A DNA stretch of 64,000 nt from contig OY776510.1 in NCBI GenBank assembly GCA_963675665.1, positions 2,048,001 to 2,112,000 of the forward strand. The letters run 5' to 3'. How positions within the stretch are numbered: position 1 is the stretch's first letter; each line of letters opens with the position of its first letter. This stretch comes from Spirochaetia bacterium. GTDB taxonomy: Bacteria; Spirochaetota; Spirochaetia; UBA9216. Below the pieces are notes generated by a model, which was not told the origin of the DNA, ran no database searches, and saw nothing but the letters and a program-made list of their open reading frames with translations. Made by a program: the position numbers and the translations under genes. This document shows, piece after piece, positions 18,560-28,201 of this stretch.

Positions 18560-19854
18560 ATGAGTTTTTTGTAAAAGCACTTTCAGCTGCAGAACATTAC
18601 TCAATATCAACCGGAATCCAGTGCTATGTAATTGATACTGAAGGCAAACGGATAGGTCCTGATGATTTTGAAGAATACGGTAATAAATTCTGTGTTGAGC
18701 TTGAAAAGATTTTTCCCTGTGGTGAGCTGAACTGTAATCAGGTACATCGGTACGGCAGCTACCAGGCAGAGCGGTTCGGTGGAAAGTATATGTTTTTCTG
18801 TCCGATGTCCCTGCTGCACTGGACCTCTCCGCTATACATGAAAGGCCGTCTGGTCGGATCCATCATTTGCGGACCCGCTCTTATAATAGATTCTGAAGAT
18901 TTTATACGCAATGATTTAATTTCCGGTAAAAACCTGCCTGCATCTGAAGTATTTAAATTAATGAAGCTTGCCTCAGATATACCCTCAATCACCACCGAAA
19001 GATCCCGCAGTCTTTCTGAATTGCTGTATCTTGCCGCCGCGGGACTGTCAGAGCTGGATAATCTTGAATATCAGCTTCACCAGGAGAATACAGAGCAGCA
19101 GAAAGAGATTTCGGAATATATTCAGTATATCAAGATGATGGAGACCTCCGAAGCGGAATTCTCACGTTACCCGTTCGAGAAAGAAACGGATCTTATTGAC
19201 TATATCGAAAACGGAGAATCCAGGCGCGCCCGTGCTGTGCTGAATGAGATTCTCGGTAATGTATTCTTTTCTTCAGGCGGCGATATAAATGTTATCCGTG
19301 CGAGGGTTCTGGAGCTTGTAGTTCTGCTTTCCAGGGCTGCGGTCAGGGGCGGGGCTGATGCCGAGCAGATTTTCGGAATGAATTATCAGTATATTAATCT
19401 TATAAATTCCTTCACCAGTGTTGATTTAATAGCGTCATGGCTGTCCCGGGTTATTATCAAGTTTTCTGAACTTGTTTTTGATATGAGAGATATCAAGCAT
19501 GCCGACGCTATTCAGGGAGCCATGCAGTATGTGAGGGAAAATTTTCAGAAAAAGATTTCTCTTGATGACGCTGCTGCTCATGTAAACCTTTCTCCGTCCT
19601 ATTTGAGCAAACTTTTTAAAAAAGAACTGGACCAGAATTTTAATAATTATCTTAACCTTGTCAGGGTTGAGAAGAGCAAGAATTATCTTGTAAATACCGA
19701 GGTTCCGCTTATCGATATCGCCGGAATGTGCGGGTTTGAAGATCAGAGCTACTTTTCCAAGGTTTTTAAGAAATTTACCGGCAGTTCTCCCGGAAAATTC
19801 CGTGAAAACAGGGGGCGAAAACCAATGGACAATCAGGAAATTCACAGCTTGTAA
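18550..19854 (+). CDS. PocR ligand-binding domain / AraC family transcriptional regulator
   Basis: N-terminal Cys-containing PocR-type domain (YMFFCPMSL...GSIICGP); C-terminal AraC HTH LSPSYLSKLFK...GFEDQSYFSKVFKKFTG. Confidence 0.88.
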   Translation: MDLDEFFVKALSAAEHYSISTGIQCYVIDTEGKRIGPDDFEEYGNKFCVELEKIFPCGELNCNQVHRYGSYQAERFGGKYMFFCPMSLLHWTSPLYMKGRLVGSIICGPALIIDSEDFIRNDLISGKNLPASEVFKLMKLASDIPSITTERSRSLSELLYLAAAGLSELDNLEYQLHQENTEQQKEISEYIQYIKMMETSEAEFSRYPFEKETDLIDYIENGESRRARAVLNEILGNVFFSSGGDINVIRARVLELVVLLSRAAVRGGADAEQIFGMNYQYINLINSFTSVDLIASWLSRVIIKFSELVFDMRDIKHADAIQGAMQYVRENFQKKISLDDAAAHVNLSPSYLSKLFKKELDQNFNNYLNLVRVEKSKNYLVNTEVPLIDIAGMCGFEDQSYFSKVFKKFTGSSPGKFRENRGRKPMDNQEIHSL

Positions 19855-19945
19855 AAGCCATTTAAGCCGGGAATTTGCAAAAGTTGACAAAATAATTCAA
19901 TACGGCACCATTTTTTCAAGAGATAATCATAGTACAAAATTAAAA

Positions 19946-20082
19946 CAGCATAATTAAGAGGGAAGCGGAGTGAAAATCTCCCACGAGCGCGTCACTGTAA
20001 AGGGTAAGTTAAAGCTGTCCAAAGTCAGGTCACTCTTATTTTGCTGAATGTCATACTCGAACTCGCGAACAGGGAGAGTTGA
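19946..20082 (+). ncRNA. Cobalamin riboswitch (short, class-II-like)
   Basis: AGAGGGAA, T-loop P4 GGAG-UGAAAAU-CUCC, CACGAGCGCGUCACUGUAA, B12-box-like AAGUCAGG, closing stem cagca..aagag/ctctt..tgctg, P13 aactc/gagtt whose GCG loop can kiss L5 CGC. Confidence 0.85.
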
Positions 20083-20098
20083 AGGAGAGATGGAACGT

Positions 20099-20734
20099 AT
20101 GGCAGATTTTGAAAAAATTTCCGAATTAATGCAAAAAGGCAAGGCCGATGATGTAAAACAGCTCTGTGCCGAGGCGCTGGAAGAGGGTGTAGCTCCGAAA
20201 GAAGTACTTGAAAAGGGATTGCTTTCGGCAATGAACATTGTAGGTGAAAAATTCAAGAATAATGAAGTATTTGTCCCTGAAGTTCTGATTGCCGCACGCG
20301 CAATGAATTTCGGCCTTGAGGTTTTAAAGCCGGCCATGGTAGACGGTGATATAGAAGAAATCGGCAAGGTGGTTATTGGAACGGTAAAGGGTGATCTGCA
20401 TGACATAGGTAAAAACCTTGTTAAGATCATGCTTGAAGGCAAAGGCCTTACAGTAATTGATCTTGGAGCTGATGTTTCTGCCGAGAAGTTTATTGAAACG
20501 GCTACCAATGAAAATGCTGATATTATTGCATGTTCTGCGCTGCTTACAACAACCATGACCCAGATGGAATCAATTGTTAAAGCTGCCGGCGATGCGGGAA
20601 TAAGGGATAAGGTAACAATCATGGTAGGCGGAGCCCCTGTTACACAGAAGTTCTGTGAAAGTATCGGTGCTGATATATATGCAGCTGATGCTGCAACAGC
20701 TTCTGAAAAAGCACTTGAAGTTTGTACAAAATAG
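20099..20734 (+). CDS. Corrinoid protein (MtaC/MtbC-like B12-binding protein)
   Basis: Cap domain VGEKFKNNEVFVPEVL, GDLHDIGKN (DxHxxG), SALLTTT, VGGAP. Start could instead be 20090. Confidence 0.95.
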   Translation: MADFEKISELMQKGKADDVKQLCAEALEEGVAPKEVLEKGLLSAMNIVGEKFKNNEVFVPEVLIAARAMNFGLEVLKPAMVDGDIEEIGKVVIGTVKGDLHDIGKNLVKIMLEGKGLTVIDLGADVSAEKFIETATNENADIIACSALLTTTMTQMESIVKAAGDAGIRDKVTIMVGGAPVTQKFCESIGADIYAADAATASEKALEVCTK

Positions 20735-20760
20735 TACAAAATAGTCGGATTCAGACAGAT

Positions 20761-20792
20761 GCCGCCCAGTTTACGGGCGGTTTTTTGTTTTT
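20761..20792 (+). terminator. Rho-independent terminator
   Basis: gccgccc-agtttac-gggcggt followed by a T-run. Confidence 0.75.
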
Positions 20793-21014
20793 CAGGCATG
20801 TGGAGAGCGGCTATAAAATGCAAAAATTAGTTAATAAATACAATATATATCATTTTTTGAGGCATAAACTATAGGTTAATTGGAGTTTGCTTATTACATT
20901 ATCAGTCAATAAGTAAACATCCATTACATCCGGGGTAGTCTTCAAAACTAAAGTTTTATAAAACTGCAGTTTTTAGAAGTACCCTATAATTATTCTTTAA
21001 GATTGGAGAGTATT

Positions 21015-22364
21015 ATGACAGGTAGAGAAAAGGTACTTGCCGTACTGAATAAAGAAAAAACCGATTCCATCCCCTGGCTTCCGTTTGCCGGAGTGCATGC
21101 AGGAAAGTTGAAAGGATATACCGCCAGAGAGGTTTCTACCGAAGCGGATAAACTGATTGAATCGCTTCGTGAAGTAAATAAATTATATAAACCGGATGGT
21201 CAGCCGGTTATGTTCGACCTTCAGATAGAGGCCGAGATCCTCGGATGCGATCTCGTCTGGTCTGATGATGCCCCTCCTACGGTTGCAAGTCATCCGCTGT
21301 CCGAGACAACCGATATTCCCGAAAGACTTCCCGGCAAAGATGACGGACGTATTCCCCTGGCTTTGAAAGCAATGACGGCGATGAAAGAGGAATTCGGCGG
21401 TACAACAGCACTGTATGGATTGATTACAGGGCCTTTTACGTTGGCATCGCATCTTCGCGGAACCAACATTTTTATGGATATGATTATGAATCCTTCTTAT
21501 GTTGCCGAATTGCTTGAATATTGTGTAAAGGTAGCTAAAGAAGTAACTACTTTTTATATTGAAACAGGCATGGATGTAATTGCAGTAGTAGATCCTCTTA
21601 TTTCGCAGATTTCACCGGATCATTTTGCAGAGTTCATGGATAAACCTTTTACCGAGGTTTTTAACCATATCAGAGCAGGCGGAGCCAAATCGTCATTCTT
21701 TGTATGCGGTAACGCCACAGCCAATATTGAACCGATGTGTAAAACAAAGCCTGACAGTATATCAGTCGATGAGAATGTTAATCTTGCTGCAGCTAAAAAG
21801 GTGACCGATGCTTACAACATTGTGATAGGCGGTAATATTCCGCTGACATCCGTGATGCTGTTCGGAACCCAGCAGGATAATATGAAAAATACTGTCGATC
21901 TGATCGACAGCGTAGATAATACCGATCTTTTGATAATAGCTCCGGGTTGCGATATGCCTTATGATATCCCGGTTGAGAATACTATCGGGGTTCAGCAGGC
22001 CGTTCATCAGACCGGGCAGATCCGGGAGATGGTGAAAAATTACGAGGGCACTGAAATAGTATTTGAAGGAGAACTTCCTGATTATGCCAATCTGGAAAAA
22101 CCTCTTATCGAGGTGTTTACGCTTGATTCGATAACATGTGCCGCATGTACATATATGAAGGCCTCTGCTGTAGACATTAAGGAGCATTTCGGAGACAAGG
22201 TTGATATGGTTGAATATAAATATACCGAACCTCAGAACATTGCAAGATGCAAGGTGATGGAGGTTAAACAGTTGCCGAGTATTTATATAAACGGCGAACT
22301 CAAGTATTCTTCCATTATTCCGAACCGAAGCGAATTTATCGCCGAGGTTGAGAAATGTCTGTAG
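21015..22364 (+). CDS. MtaA/CmuA-like (uroporphyrinogen decarboxylase family) methyltransferase fused to a C-terminal thioredoxin-like domain
   Basis: FDLQIEAEILG, GPFTLASHLRG, GGNIP, IIAPGCD; C-terminal VFTLDSITCAAC...PSIYING. Confidence 0.88.
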   Translation: MTGREKVLAVLNKEKTDSIPWLPFAGVHAGKLKGYTAREVSTEADKLIESLREVNKLYKPDGQPVMFDLQIEAEILGCDLVWSDDAPPTVASHPLSETTDIPERLPGKDDGRIPLALKAMTAMKEEFGGTTALYGLITGPFTLASHLRGTNIFMDMIMNPSYVAELLEYCVKVAKEVTTFYIETGMDVIAVVDPLISQISPDHFAEFMDKPFTEVFNHIRAGGAKSSFFVCGNATANIEPMCKTKPDSISVDENVNLAAAKKVTDAYNIVIGGNIPLTSVMLFGTQQDNMKNTVDLIDSVDNTDLLIIAPGCDMPYDIPVENTIGVQQAVHQTGQIREMVKNYEGTEIVFEGELPDYANLEKPLIEVFTLDSITCAACTYMKASAVDIKEHFGDKVDMVEYKYTEPQNIARCKVMEVKQLPSIYINGELKYSSIIPNRSEFIAEVEKCL

Positions 22365-23329
22365 AAAAAATGTCCGGAGAGCAAATGTCTTTCGGACATA
22401 AAATTCCGCTTGTTCTTGTATCGGGTTTTTTGGGTTCGGGCAAGACAACCTTTCTGAATAATCTTTTCAATCTTTTCCCGGACAAGAAGTTCGGGATTAT
22501 CATAAATGATTTCGGTGCAATAGGTGTTGACGCGGCAGTAATAAAATCTCCAAAAGGCGCAATAATAGAAGAATTGAATAACGGACAGATCTTCTGTTCC
22601 TGCCTTGCCGGTTCGTTTATCAAGTCTGTTTCAGCGTATGCAGATCTGGATATTGACTATCTGCTGGTAGAAACCTCGGGACTGGCAAAACCTTCGCCGA
22701 TGCTTGAAATAATCGAAGCAATAAAAAAAATTAATGGAAACAGGTTCAGCTATTTCGGTATGGTAAGCCTTGTTGATTGCGGGACATACCTGGCTTTGTC
22801 GAATGTTCTGAAAGCGGTTGATGAGCAGATTCATTACAGCGATCTTGTAGTAATGAATAAAACAGATACTGTCGATACGGGAACCCTCAAAAAAGTTGAA
22901 ATGAAGATCCTTTCAGTGAATCCCGATGCTGATATTATCAGGACCGAGTACGGAAGACTTCAGGAAGAAGATTTTTTAAAGCTGAATGAGAAAAAGAATA
23001 TAACAGCGCCCGACGGGCGCTTTGCCGGATGGGGCGGGCAGGGAAGGCCTGTTCCGATATTGCTGCAGAGCAAATCTCCGGTCAGCCTTTCAGCCCTGCA
23101 GGCTTTTGTTGATGATCCCGGCGGAGATTTTTACAGGATGAAAGGACGGCTGAGTACCGATTCCGGAATGGTTTATGTAGACTGTACTACCGGGCAAAAA
23201 GAAATGAGAAAAGATGAATCAAGCGCGGAAAACAGGTCGGAGGGGCTTGTTATTATCCTTCCGGCAGATGAGAATATTGTCAGTGAGGTGAAACAGCGGG
23301 CGTCTGTAATCTTTGGCCCGTTGGAATAA
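22355..23329 (+). CDS. CobW/COG0523 family GTPase (metallochaperone)
   Basis: SGFLGSGKTT, NDFG, GQIFCSC, VETSGLA, NKTD, YRMKG. Confidence 0.9.
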   Translation: MSVEKMSGEQMSFGHKIPLVLVSGFLGSGKTTFLNNLFNLFPDKKFGIIINDFGAIGVDAAVIKSPKGAIIEELNNGQIFCSCLAGSFIKSVSAYADLDIDYLLVETSGLAKPSPMLEIIEAIKKINGNRFSYFGMVSLVDCGTYLALSNVLKAVDEQIHYSDLVVMNKTDTVDTGTLKKVEMKILSVNPDADIIRTEYGRLQEEDFLKLNEKKNITAPDGRFAGWGGQGRPVPILLQSKSPVSLSALQAFVDDPGGDFYRMKGRLSTDSGMVYVDCTTGQKEMRKDESSAENRSEGLVIILPADENIVSEVKQRASVIFGPLE

Positions 23330-23331
23330 AA

Positions 23332-25188
23332 ATGATAATTACTATAAATTCAGGCAGTAAAACTGTTAAAAGCAAAATAGGAATGGGCGAATCACTTCTC
23401 GATGCAATAAACAGGGCCGGTATTGAAGGTTTTGACGCTCCCTGCGGCGGAAAAGGCACATGCGGTAAATGCCGGGTGTCGGTAAGTGCCGATGAGCTGA
23501 AAAATCTCCCGGAGGCAGACAGCACTGAATTAAAGTTGCTGTCTGTTAATGAACTGAACGAAGGCACAAGGCTTGCCTGCAGGGTTTTTCCTTCTACGGA
23601 TGTCTGTATAGCTGTTTCGGCAGCCGGCAGAGAAGCGGTAATTCAGTCTGCCTTTGAAGGTGAGATTGCCGCTGAAATAGCAGCTGACAAACCTGTAGTT
23701 GTCAAACGCTTTATTTCCCTGCCTGAGCCGTCGATAGATGATCAGCGATCTGATCTGAAAAGGCTCTCCGATGAATTATCCCCCGTCACTGTTGGTTTGC
23801 CGATAGACGAACTGCGCCGGCTTCCTTCAGTTCTGAGGAAAAACGGGTACCGGATTACGGTAACTGAAATTCTTGGAAATGCTGTATCGTTTGAAGGCGG
23901 TAATACAACCGAAGAGTCCTGGGCTGTTTCAGTTGATATCGGTACAACGACAGTTGTTGCTTACCTGGTACGACTTGCAGGTGCCGGACGGGGAAAGATT
24001 ATTGATCTTGTCTCGTCTCTGAACAGTCAGAAGGGATACGGCGGGGATGTAATCTCAAGAATCGAGTTTTGCATGCAGAATGAAAAAAATCTTGATGAAT
24101 TGCAGCGGCGTATTACGGGGCAGGTTGCCGAAATGGTCAGAAAACTGTCCGTAAAAAATAATATAAATTTAAAAGACATTAACCTGGTCACTGTCGCCGG
24201 AAACACAACCATGACCCATCTTTTTACCGGGCTGGATCCGTCCGGAATAGCAGCCGCTCCGTTTATCCCGGTTGATACGGGCCTCCTTATTACCGGAGCT
24301 GATGAATTCGGGCTTGGCTTGCCGAACAGCTGCCGTTGTGCTGTTCTTCCGGGAATTGCTTCTTATGTCGGTTCAGACATCACCTCGGGGATTGCCGCTA
24401 CCGGCATGAACAAATCGGATGAACTTTCGCTTTTAATTGATATAGGCACTAACGGAGAGATTGTCCTGGGGGATAAATTCGGGATGACGGCATGTTCAAC
24501 AGCTGCAGGGCCGGCTCTTGAGGGCGCTAACATCAGCTGCGGTATGGGCGGTGTTCCGGGAGCTATAAACAGTCTTTCTGCAACGGAGCAGGGTGATCAG
24601 GAAGTGTTCAGTTTCAGCGTCATCGGTGATGTGTCGCCTTCGGGCATATGCGGTTCGGGTATTGTTGATGCTGTAGCATTGTTTGTGAAAGCCGGTGTTA
24701 TTGATGAAACTGGCCGGATTCTTAAAGATAGTGAACTGCATGATGCAGGGGTGAGTCAGAGCTGGATTAACTGTATTACGGAAAAGGATGACAGCGTTGC
24801 CTTGAAGATCTCTGAAAATATTTTTCTTACCCAGAAGGATATCCGTGAAATTCAGATGGCCAAAGCTGCAATTTCAGCCGGCGTAAAAACTCTTCTCGCC
24901 GAAACCGGAAAGACTGCGGCTGATGTCGGCAAACTTTATATCGCCGGGGGGTTCGGCGCTGCTATGAACAGGAATTCTGCAGCGGTAATAGGGCTGTTTC
25001 CCCCGGAACTTGAAAGTTCAGTCGTAATTTCAGGAAATACAGCAGGTAAGGGGGCAGTACTGGCAGCCCTGTCGGCTGAGGTTATGAATGATATGAAAGA
25101 TATTGCTGAACAGGTCAAGTATATTGAACTTTCAACATCGGTTCTGTTTCAGCAGGAATATATGACGGAGATGTATTTTCATTCGTGA
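23332..25188 (+). CDS. RACo/ASKHA reductive activator of corrinoid proteins with N-terminal 2Fe-2S domain
   Basis: CGGKGTCGKC...RLAC, VDIGTTT, DIGTNGE, AAGPALEG, GICGSG, TQKDIREIQMAKAA, AGGFG. Confidence 0.92.
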   Translation: MIITINSGSKTVKSKIGMGESLLDAINRAGIEGFDAPCGGKGTCGKCRVSVSADELKNLPEADSTELKLLSVNELNEGTRLACRVFPSTDVCIAVSAAGREAVIQSAFEGEIAAEIAADKPVVVKRFISLPEPSIDDQRSDLKRLSDELSPVTVGLPIDELRRLPSVLRKNGYRITVTEILGNAVSFEGGNTTEESWAVSVDIGTTTVVAYLVRLAGAGRGKIIDLVSSLNSQKGYGGDVISRIEFCMQNEKNLDELQRRITGQVAEMVRKLSVKNNINLKDINLVTVAGNTTMTHLFTGLDPSGIAAAPFIPVDTGLLITGADEFGLGLPNSCRCAVLPGIASYVGSDITSGIAATGMNKSDELSLLIDIGTNGEIVLGDKFGMTACSTAAGPALEGANISCGMGGVPGAINSLSATEQGDQEVFSFSVIGDVSPSGICGSGIVDAVALFVKAGVIDETGRILKDSELHDAGVSQSWINCITEKDDSVALKISENIFLTQKDIREIQMAKAAISAGVKTLLAETGKTAADVGKLYIAGGFGAAMNRNSAAVIGLFPPELESSVVISGNTAGKGAVLAALSAEVMNDMKDIAEQVKYIELSTSVLFQQEYMTEMYFHS

Positions 25189-25200
25189 TTTATGTCGTAT

Positions 25201-25229
25201 AAAAAAGGGGCTGTCTGATGACAACCCCT
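25201..25229 (-). terminator. Rho-independent terminator
   Basis: Minus strand aggggttgtc-atca-gacagcccct followed by a T-run. Confidence 0.7.
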
Positions 25230-25281
25230 GAATATTCAAAAAATTGCAGTCTATGGATGCTGTTTATTGTTTGATTAGCAG

Positions 25282-26376
25282 TTATCTGATTCTTTCTTCG
25301 GTTTCCTTGTTAAAGAAATAGATTTTCTCGGGATTAGGTTTGAAGAAAACTTCCTGATCTACTTTAAAACTTAAGGTAGGAGCTACCTTCGCTATTATAC
25401 TGCTTTGATCTGTTATAAGATGTAGCTGTATTTCCTCTCCAAGCTGTTCAATAACCTCAACCTTTGCCGCAATAGAATTGCTTTTGTTTCCGTCGGGATT
25501 CACTTCAAGATCCTCCGGTCTGACACCCATTATCAGCTGTTTGCCTTCCAGATCCTTAAGGGCGCCCTTGTTTCCTTCAGGAACGTCAATTCTGAACTCA
25601 CCCTCATCGGCAATAAGCTTTCCGCCTTCGTTTTTAATTGTGACGGGCATGAAATTCATCGGAGGAGATCCGATAAAACCGGCAACAAAAAGGTTGTCAG
25701 GATTGTTATATAGCGTTAAGGGACTTCCGATCTGCTTGATGTAACCGTCCTTCATTACTACGATTTTGTCGGCCATGGTCATGGCTTCAATCTGATCATG
25801 GGTAACATATACCATTGTGGCTTTAAGCTTGTTGTGTAGGCCGGATATTTCAGCTCTCATCTGGACTCTCAGTTTGGCATCAAGATTGGACAACGGCTCA
25901 TCAAAGAGAAAAACCTTGGGATGCCGGACAATCGCGCGCCCTACAGCAACACGTTGTCTCTGCCCGCCCGAAAGGGCTTTGGGTTTTCTGTCAAGCAGGT
26001 TTTCTATGCCGAGAATGTCGGCAGCTTCCTTAACCAGTTTGTCAATTTCATCCTTCGGGAATTTTCTGATTTTGAGACCGAAAGCCATATTGTCGTATAC
26101 GGACATATGGGGATAGAGCGCATAGTTTTGAAAAACCATCGCAATATCGCGGTCCTTCGGCGGTACATCGTTGACAATCTTTCCGTCAATTGAAAGTGTT
26201 CCGTCGGAAATCTCTTCAAGTCCGGCAATCATTCTGAGGGTGGTTGATTTTCCGCAGCCTGAAGGCCCGACAAGAACAACAAATTCCTCATCATGAATAT
26301 CGATATTTACACTGTCGACGGCTTTTACATCGCCCGGGTATATCTTTGTAATGTTTTCAAGCTTAACTGTAGCCAT
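25282..26376 (-). CDS. Carbohydrate ABC ATPase, MalK/MsmK/UgpC family (stand-alone)
   Basis: GPSGCGKST, VFQNYALYPHM, LSGGQRQR, DEPLSNLDAKLR, TOBE tail. Confidence 0.95.
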   Translation of the reverse strand: MATVKLENITKIYPGDVKAVDSVNIDIHDEEFVVLVGPSGCGKSTTLRMIAGLEEISDGTLSIDGKIVNDVPPKDRDIAMVFQNYALYPHMSVYDNMAFGLKIRKFPKDEIDKLVKEAADILGIENLLDRKPKALSGGQRQRVAVGRAIVRHPKVFLFDEPLSNLDAKLRVQMRAEISGLHNKLKATMVYVTHDQIEAMTMADKIVVMKDGYIKQIGSPLTLYNNPDNLFVAGFIGSPPMNFMPVTIKNEGGKLIADEGEFRIDVPEGNKGALKDLEGKQLIMGVRPEDLEVNPDGNKSNSIAAKVEVIEQLGEEIQLHLITDQSSIIAKVAPTLSFKVDQEVFFKPNPEKIYFFNKETEERIR

Positions 26377-26547
26377 TTATTCCTCCTGTTATTTTCTAAG
26401 GATAACATTGTTTAATTCACATGTCAAACAAAAATGATACAATGCTGCAACAAAAGTAAAACAATCCAGATTTTATCTTGAAACAAGTTCAAGTCAATTT
26501 ACTTGCGTGCAGAGCTTCAATAATATATTATTGGTAGCGGAGCAAAG

Positions 26548-27651
26548 ATGAAAGAACTTCTTTATTTGAAGATATTTAACAGTATTCGTGAGGATATTGA
26601 AAAAGGAACTCTTCCTGAGGAAAGCAGGCTTGACGGTGTACGAGAGCTGGCCAAACACTGGGATACAAGTCCGAACACTGTGCTTAAAGCCCTTGATGAG
26701 CTTGAAGCCCGGGGGTATATAAGAAAAACCAGGGGGCAGGGCATATTTGTTAAACAGTTGAAGAAACTTTCCGGTTCCGGGCAAGACGTCCGGATGCTTG
26801 ATCTTGTTCTGTATGATCTTGATGTCCCCTTCAACAGAATGCTGGTCGCAGCCGTCGAAAAAGCTGCGGCTGATTTTGGATTTACAATTACTGTTAAAAC
26901 TAAACCTTCATCCGGAATGCTGCCCGGAGATTCTCCGGCTATCTTTGTGCCGGCCGCCGCTCCTGATTTTTACAGCCCTGATCTGAATTTGTCCGCCGGT
27001 AACGGGCGTGCTGTTCCCGTGATTTATACGGGAGAGTTCAATCCTCCGGGAGATTTCCCGTTTAGTTATGCGGTTGCCGACACATACGGCGGTTTTTACA
27101 GGGCGGCTGAAATTCTGCTGGCCGGCAAACGTGAGCGAATTGCCTATATCGGAGCCTCGGATGATCTGAAAAAAGAAGCCGGATGGAATGCGTGCCGGGA
27201 TGTCCTCGCAGGCAGCCGGGCCGGATTTAACCGTGAGTATGCGGTTTCAGCGAGAGGATGGGATGCGGACAAGGGCCGTGAGGCAATGGAGAAAATTCTT
27301 CTTAACGGAGAATTTCCCGACGGCCTGGTATGCTGTAATGATAATCTGGCTGCCGGCGCTTTAAAAGCCTGCAGGTTAGCAGGCCTGGCGGTTCCAGATG
27401 ATATTGCAGTAATAGGCGCAGGTGACGGTGAACTGGCATCCCTGCTTTCGCCGCCGCTGACCAGCCTGAAACTGCCTGCCTTGTCCCTGGGATTCACTGC
27501 TGTCAGTTATATCGACGCAGTTCTCTCAGGGAGGGTGAGCGAACCGTTCCGTATGAGGCTGGATATGGAGCTTGTTGTCCGCGAATCAAGCTCTTCATCA
27601 GATGATACAGAAGATGTTGCAGGGTTAAACGGCGCCGGTATCTGGCTTTAG
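26548..27651 (+). CDS. GntR-HTH / LacI-type effector domain regulator (AraR-like architecture)
   Basis: GntR HTH (VRELAKHWDTSPNTV...GQGIFV) plus CCNDNLA..VPDDIAVIG..PPLTS. Confidence 0.85.
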   Translation: MKELLYLKIFNSIREDIEKGTLPEESRLDGVRELAKHWDTSPNTVLKALDELEARGYIRKTRGQGIFVKQLKKLSGSGQDVRMLDLVLYDLDVPFNRMLVAAVEKAAADFGFTITVKTKPSSGMLPGDSPAIFVPAAAPDFYSPDLNLSAGNGRAVPVIYTGEFNPPGDFPFSYAVADTYGGFYRAAEILLAGKRERIAYIGASDDLKKEAGWNACRDVLAGSRAGFNREYAVSARGWDADKGREAMEKILLNGEFPDGLVCCNDNLAAGALKACRLAGLAVPDDIAVIGAGDGELASLLSPPLTSLKLPALSLGFTAVSYIDAVLSGRVSEPFRMRLDMELVVRESSSSSDDTEDVAGLNGAGIWL

Positions 27652-27658
27652 GTATTAT

Positions 27659-28201
27659 TTACTGCTGCAGTGCCGCCAGCGGATTATGGGAATGAACCCT
27701 GTCTTTTACGGCAAGAACGGTAAATGGTTTCTCGATGTATTTATGAAAAAGGATATCATGTCCGAGGCATAACCCCATTTCAATAACAAGTTCGGCACGG
27801 CTTTTATTTACTGCTCCGGCCTGGCCTATCGGGTTGCAGTTAACTCCGCCTTTCATTGAATCACTGATATCGGTTTCCCTGATGCCGTTTACCGTGCACC
27901 TGAATGAAAGAACCTTGAACCCGGCTTCAGTAAGCATTTTTTTCAGTATAACAGCTTCTTTTTCCATGGAAAAACAATAAGCAATACCGATGTATTTGTA
28001 ACCCTGAAGCTTTGAAAACTCGATCACTTCATCAACTCTGGAAAGTGTACCCGCTCGGCCTCCTGCAACAAGCTTGTCTGCGTTTTCATAGAGCGGAACT
28101 GCCCCGCTTGCCTTGTATTCGGCTGCAACGGCATCATGCGCGCCGTTGCAGTCCTTTCCGCTCAGTTTACAGTCCTTGTTAATACAGTTCAGGCAATTCA
28201 A
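27659..28201 (-). CDS. DUF1847 family Cys-rich protein
   Basis: SRVDEVIEF, IGIAYC, CNPIGQA, GLCLGHD, VKDRVHSHNP. Confidence 0.85.
   Translation of the reverse strand: MNCLNCINKDCKLSGKDCNGAHDAVAAEYKASGAVPLYENADKLVAGGRAGTLSRVDEVIEFSKLQGYKYIGIAYCFSMEKEAVILKKMLTEAGFKVLSFRCTVNGIRETDISDSMKGGVNCNPIGQAGAVNKSRAELVIEMGLCLGHDILFHKYIEKPFTVLAVKDRVHSHNPLAALQQ

Noticed and set aside
19885-19920. Possible AraC direct repeats upstream of the riboswitch
   Set aside because: Too AT-rich and degenerate to support by eye.
19954-20823. 289-aa minus-strand ORF
   Set aside because: Antisense shadow of the corrinoid gene and riboswitch.
21762-22448. 228-aa minus-strand ORF (and similar shadows such as 29047-29667, 37649-38230, 50949-51560)
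   Set aside because: Lie antisense to well-supported genes and have no motifs.
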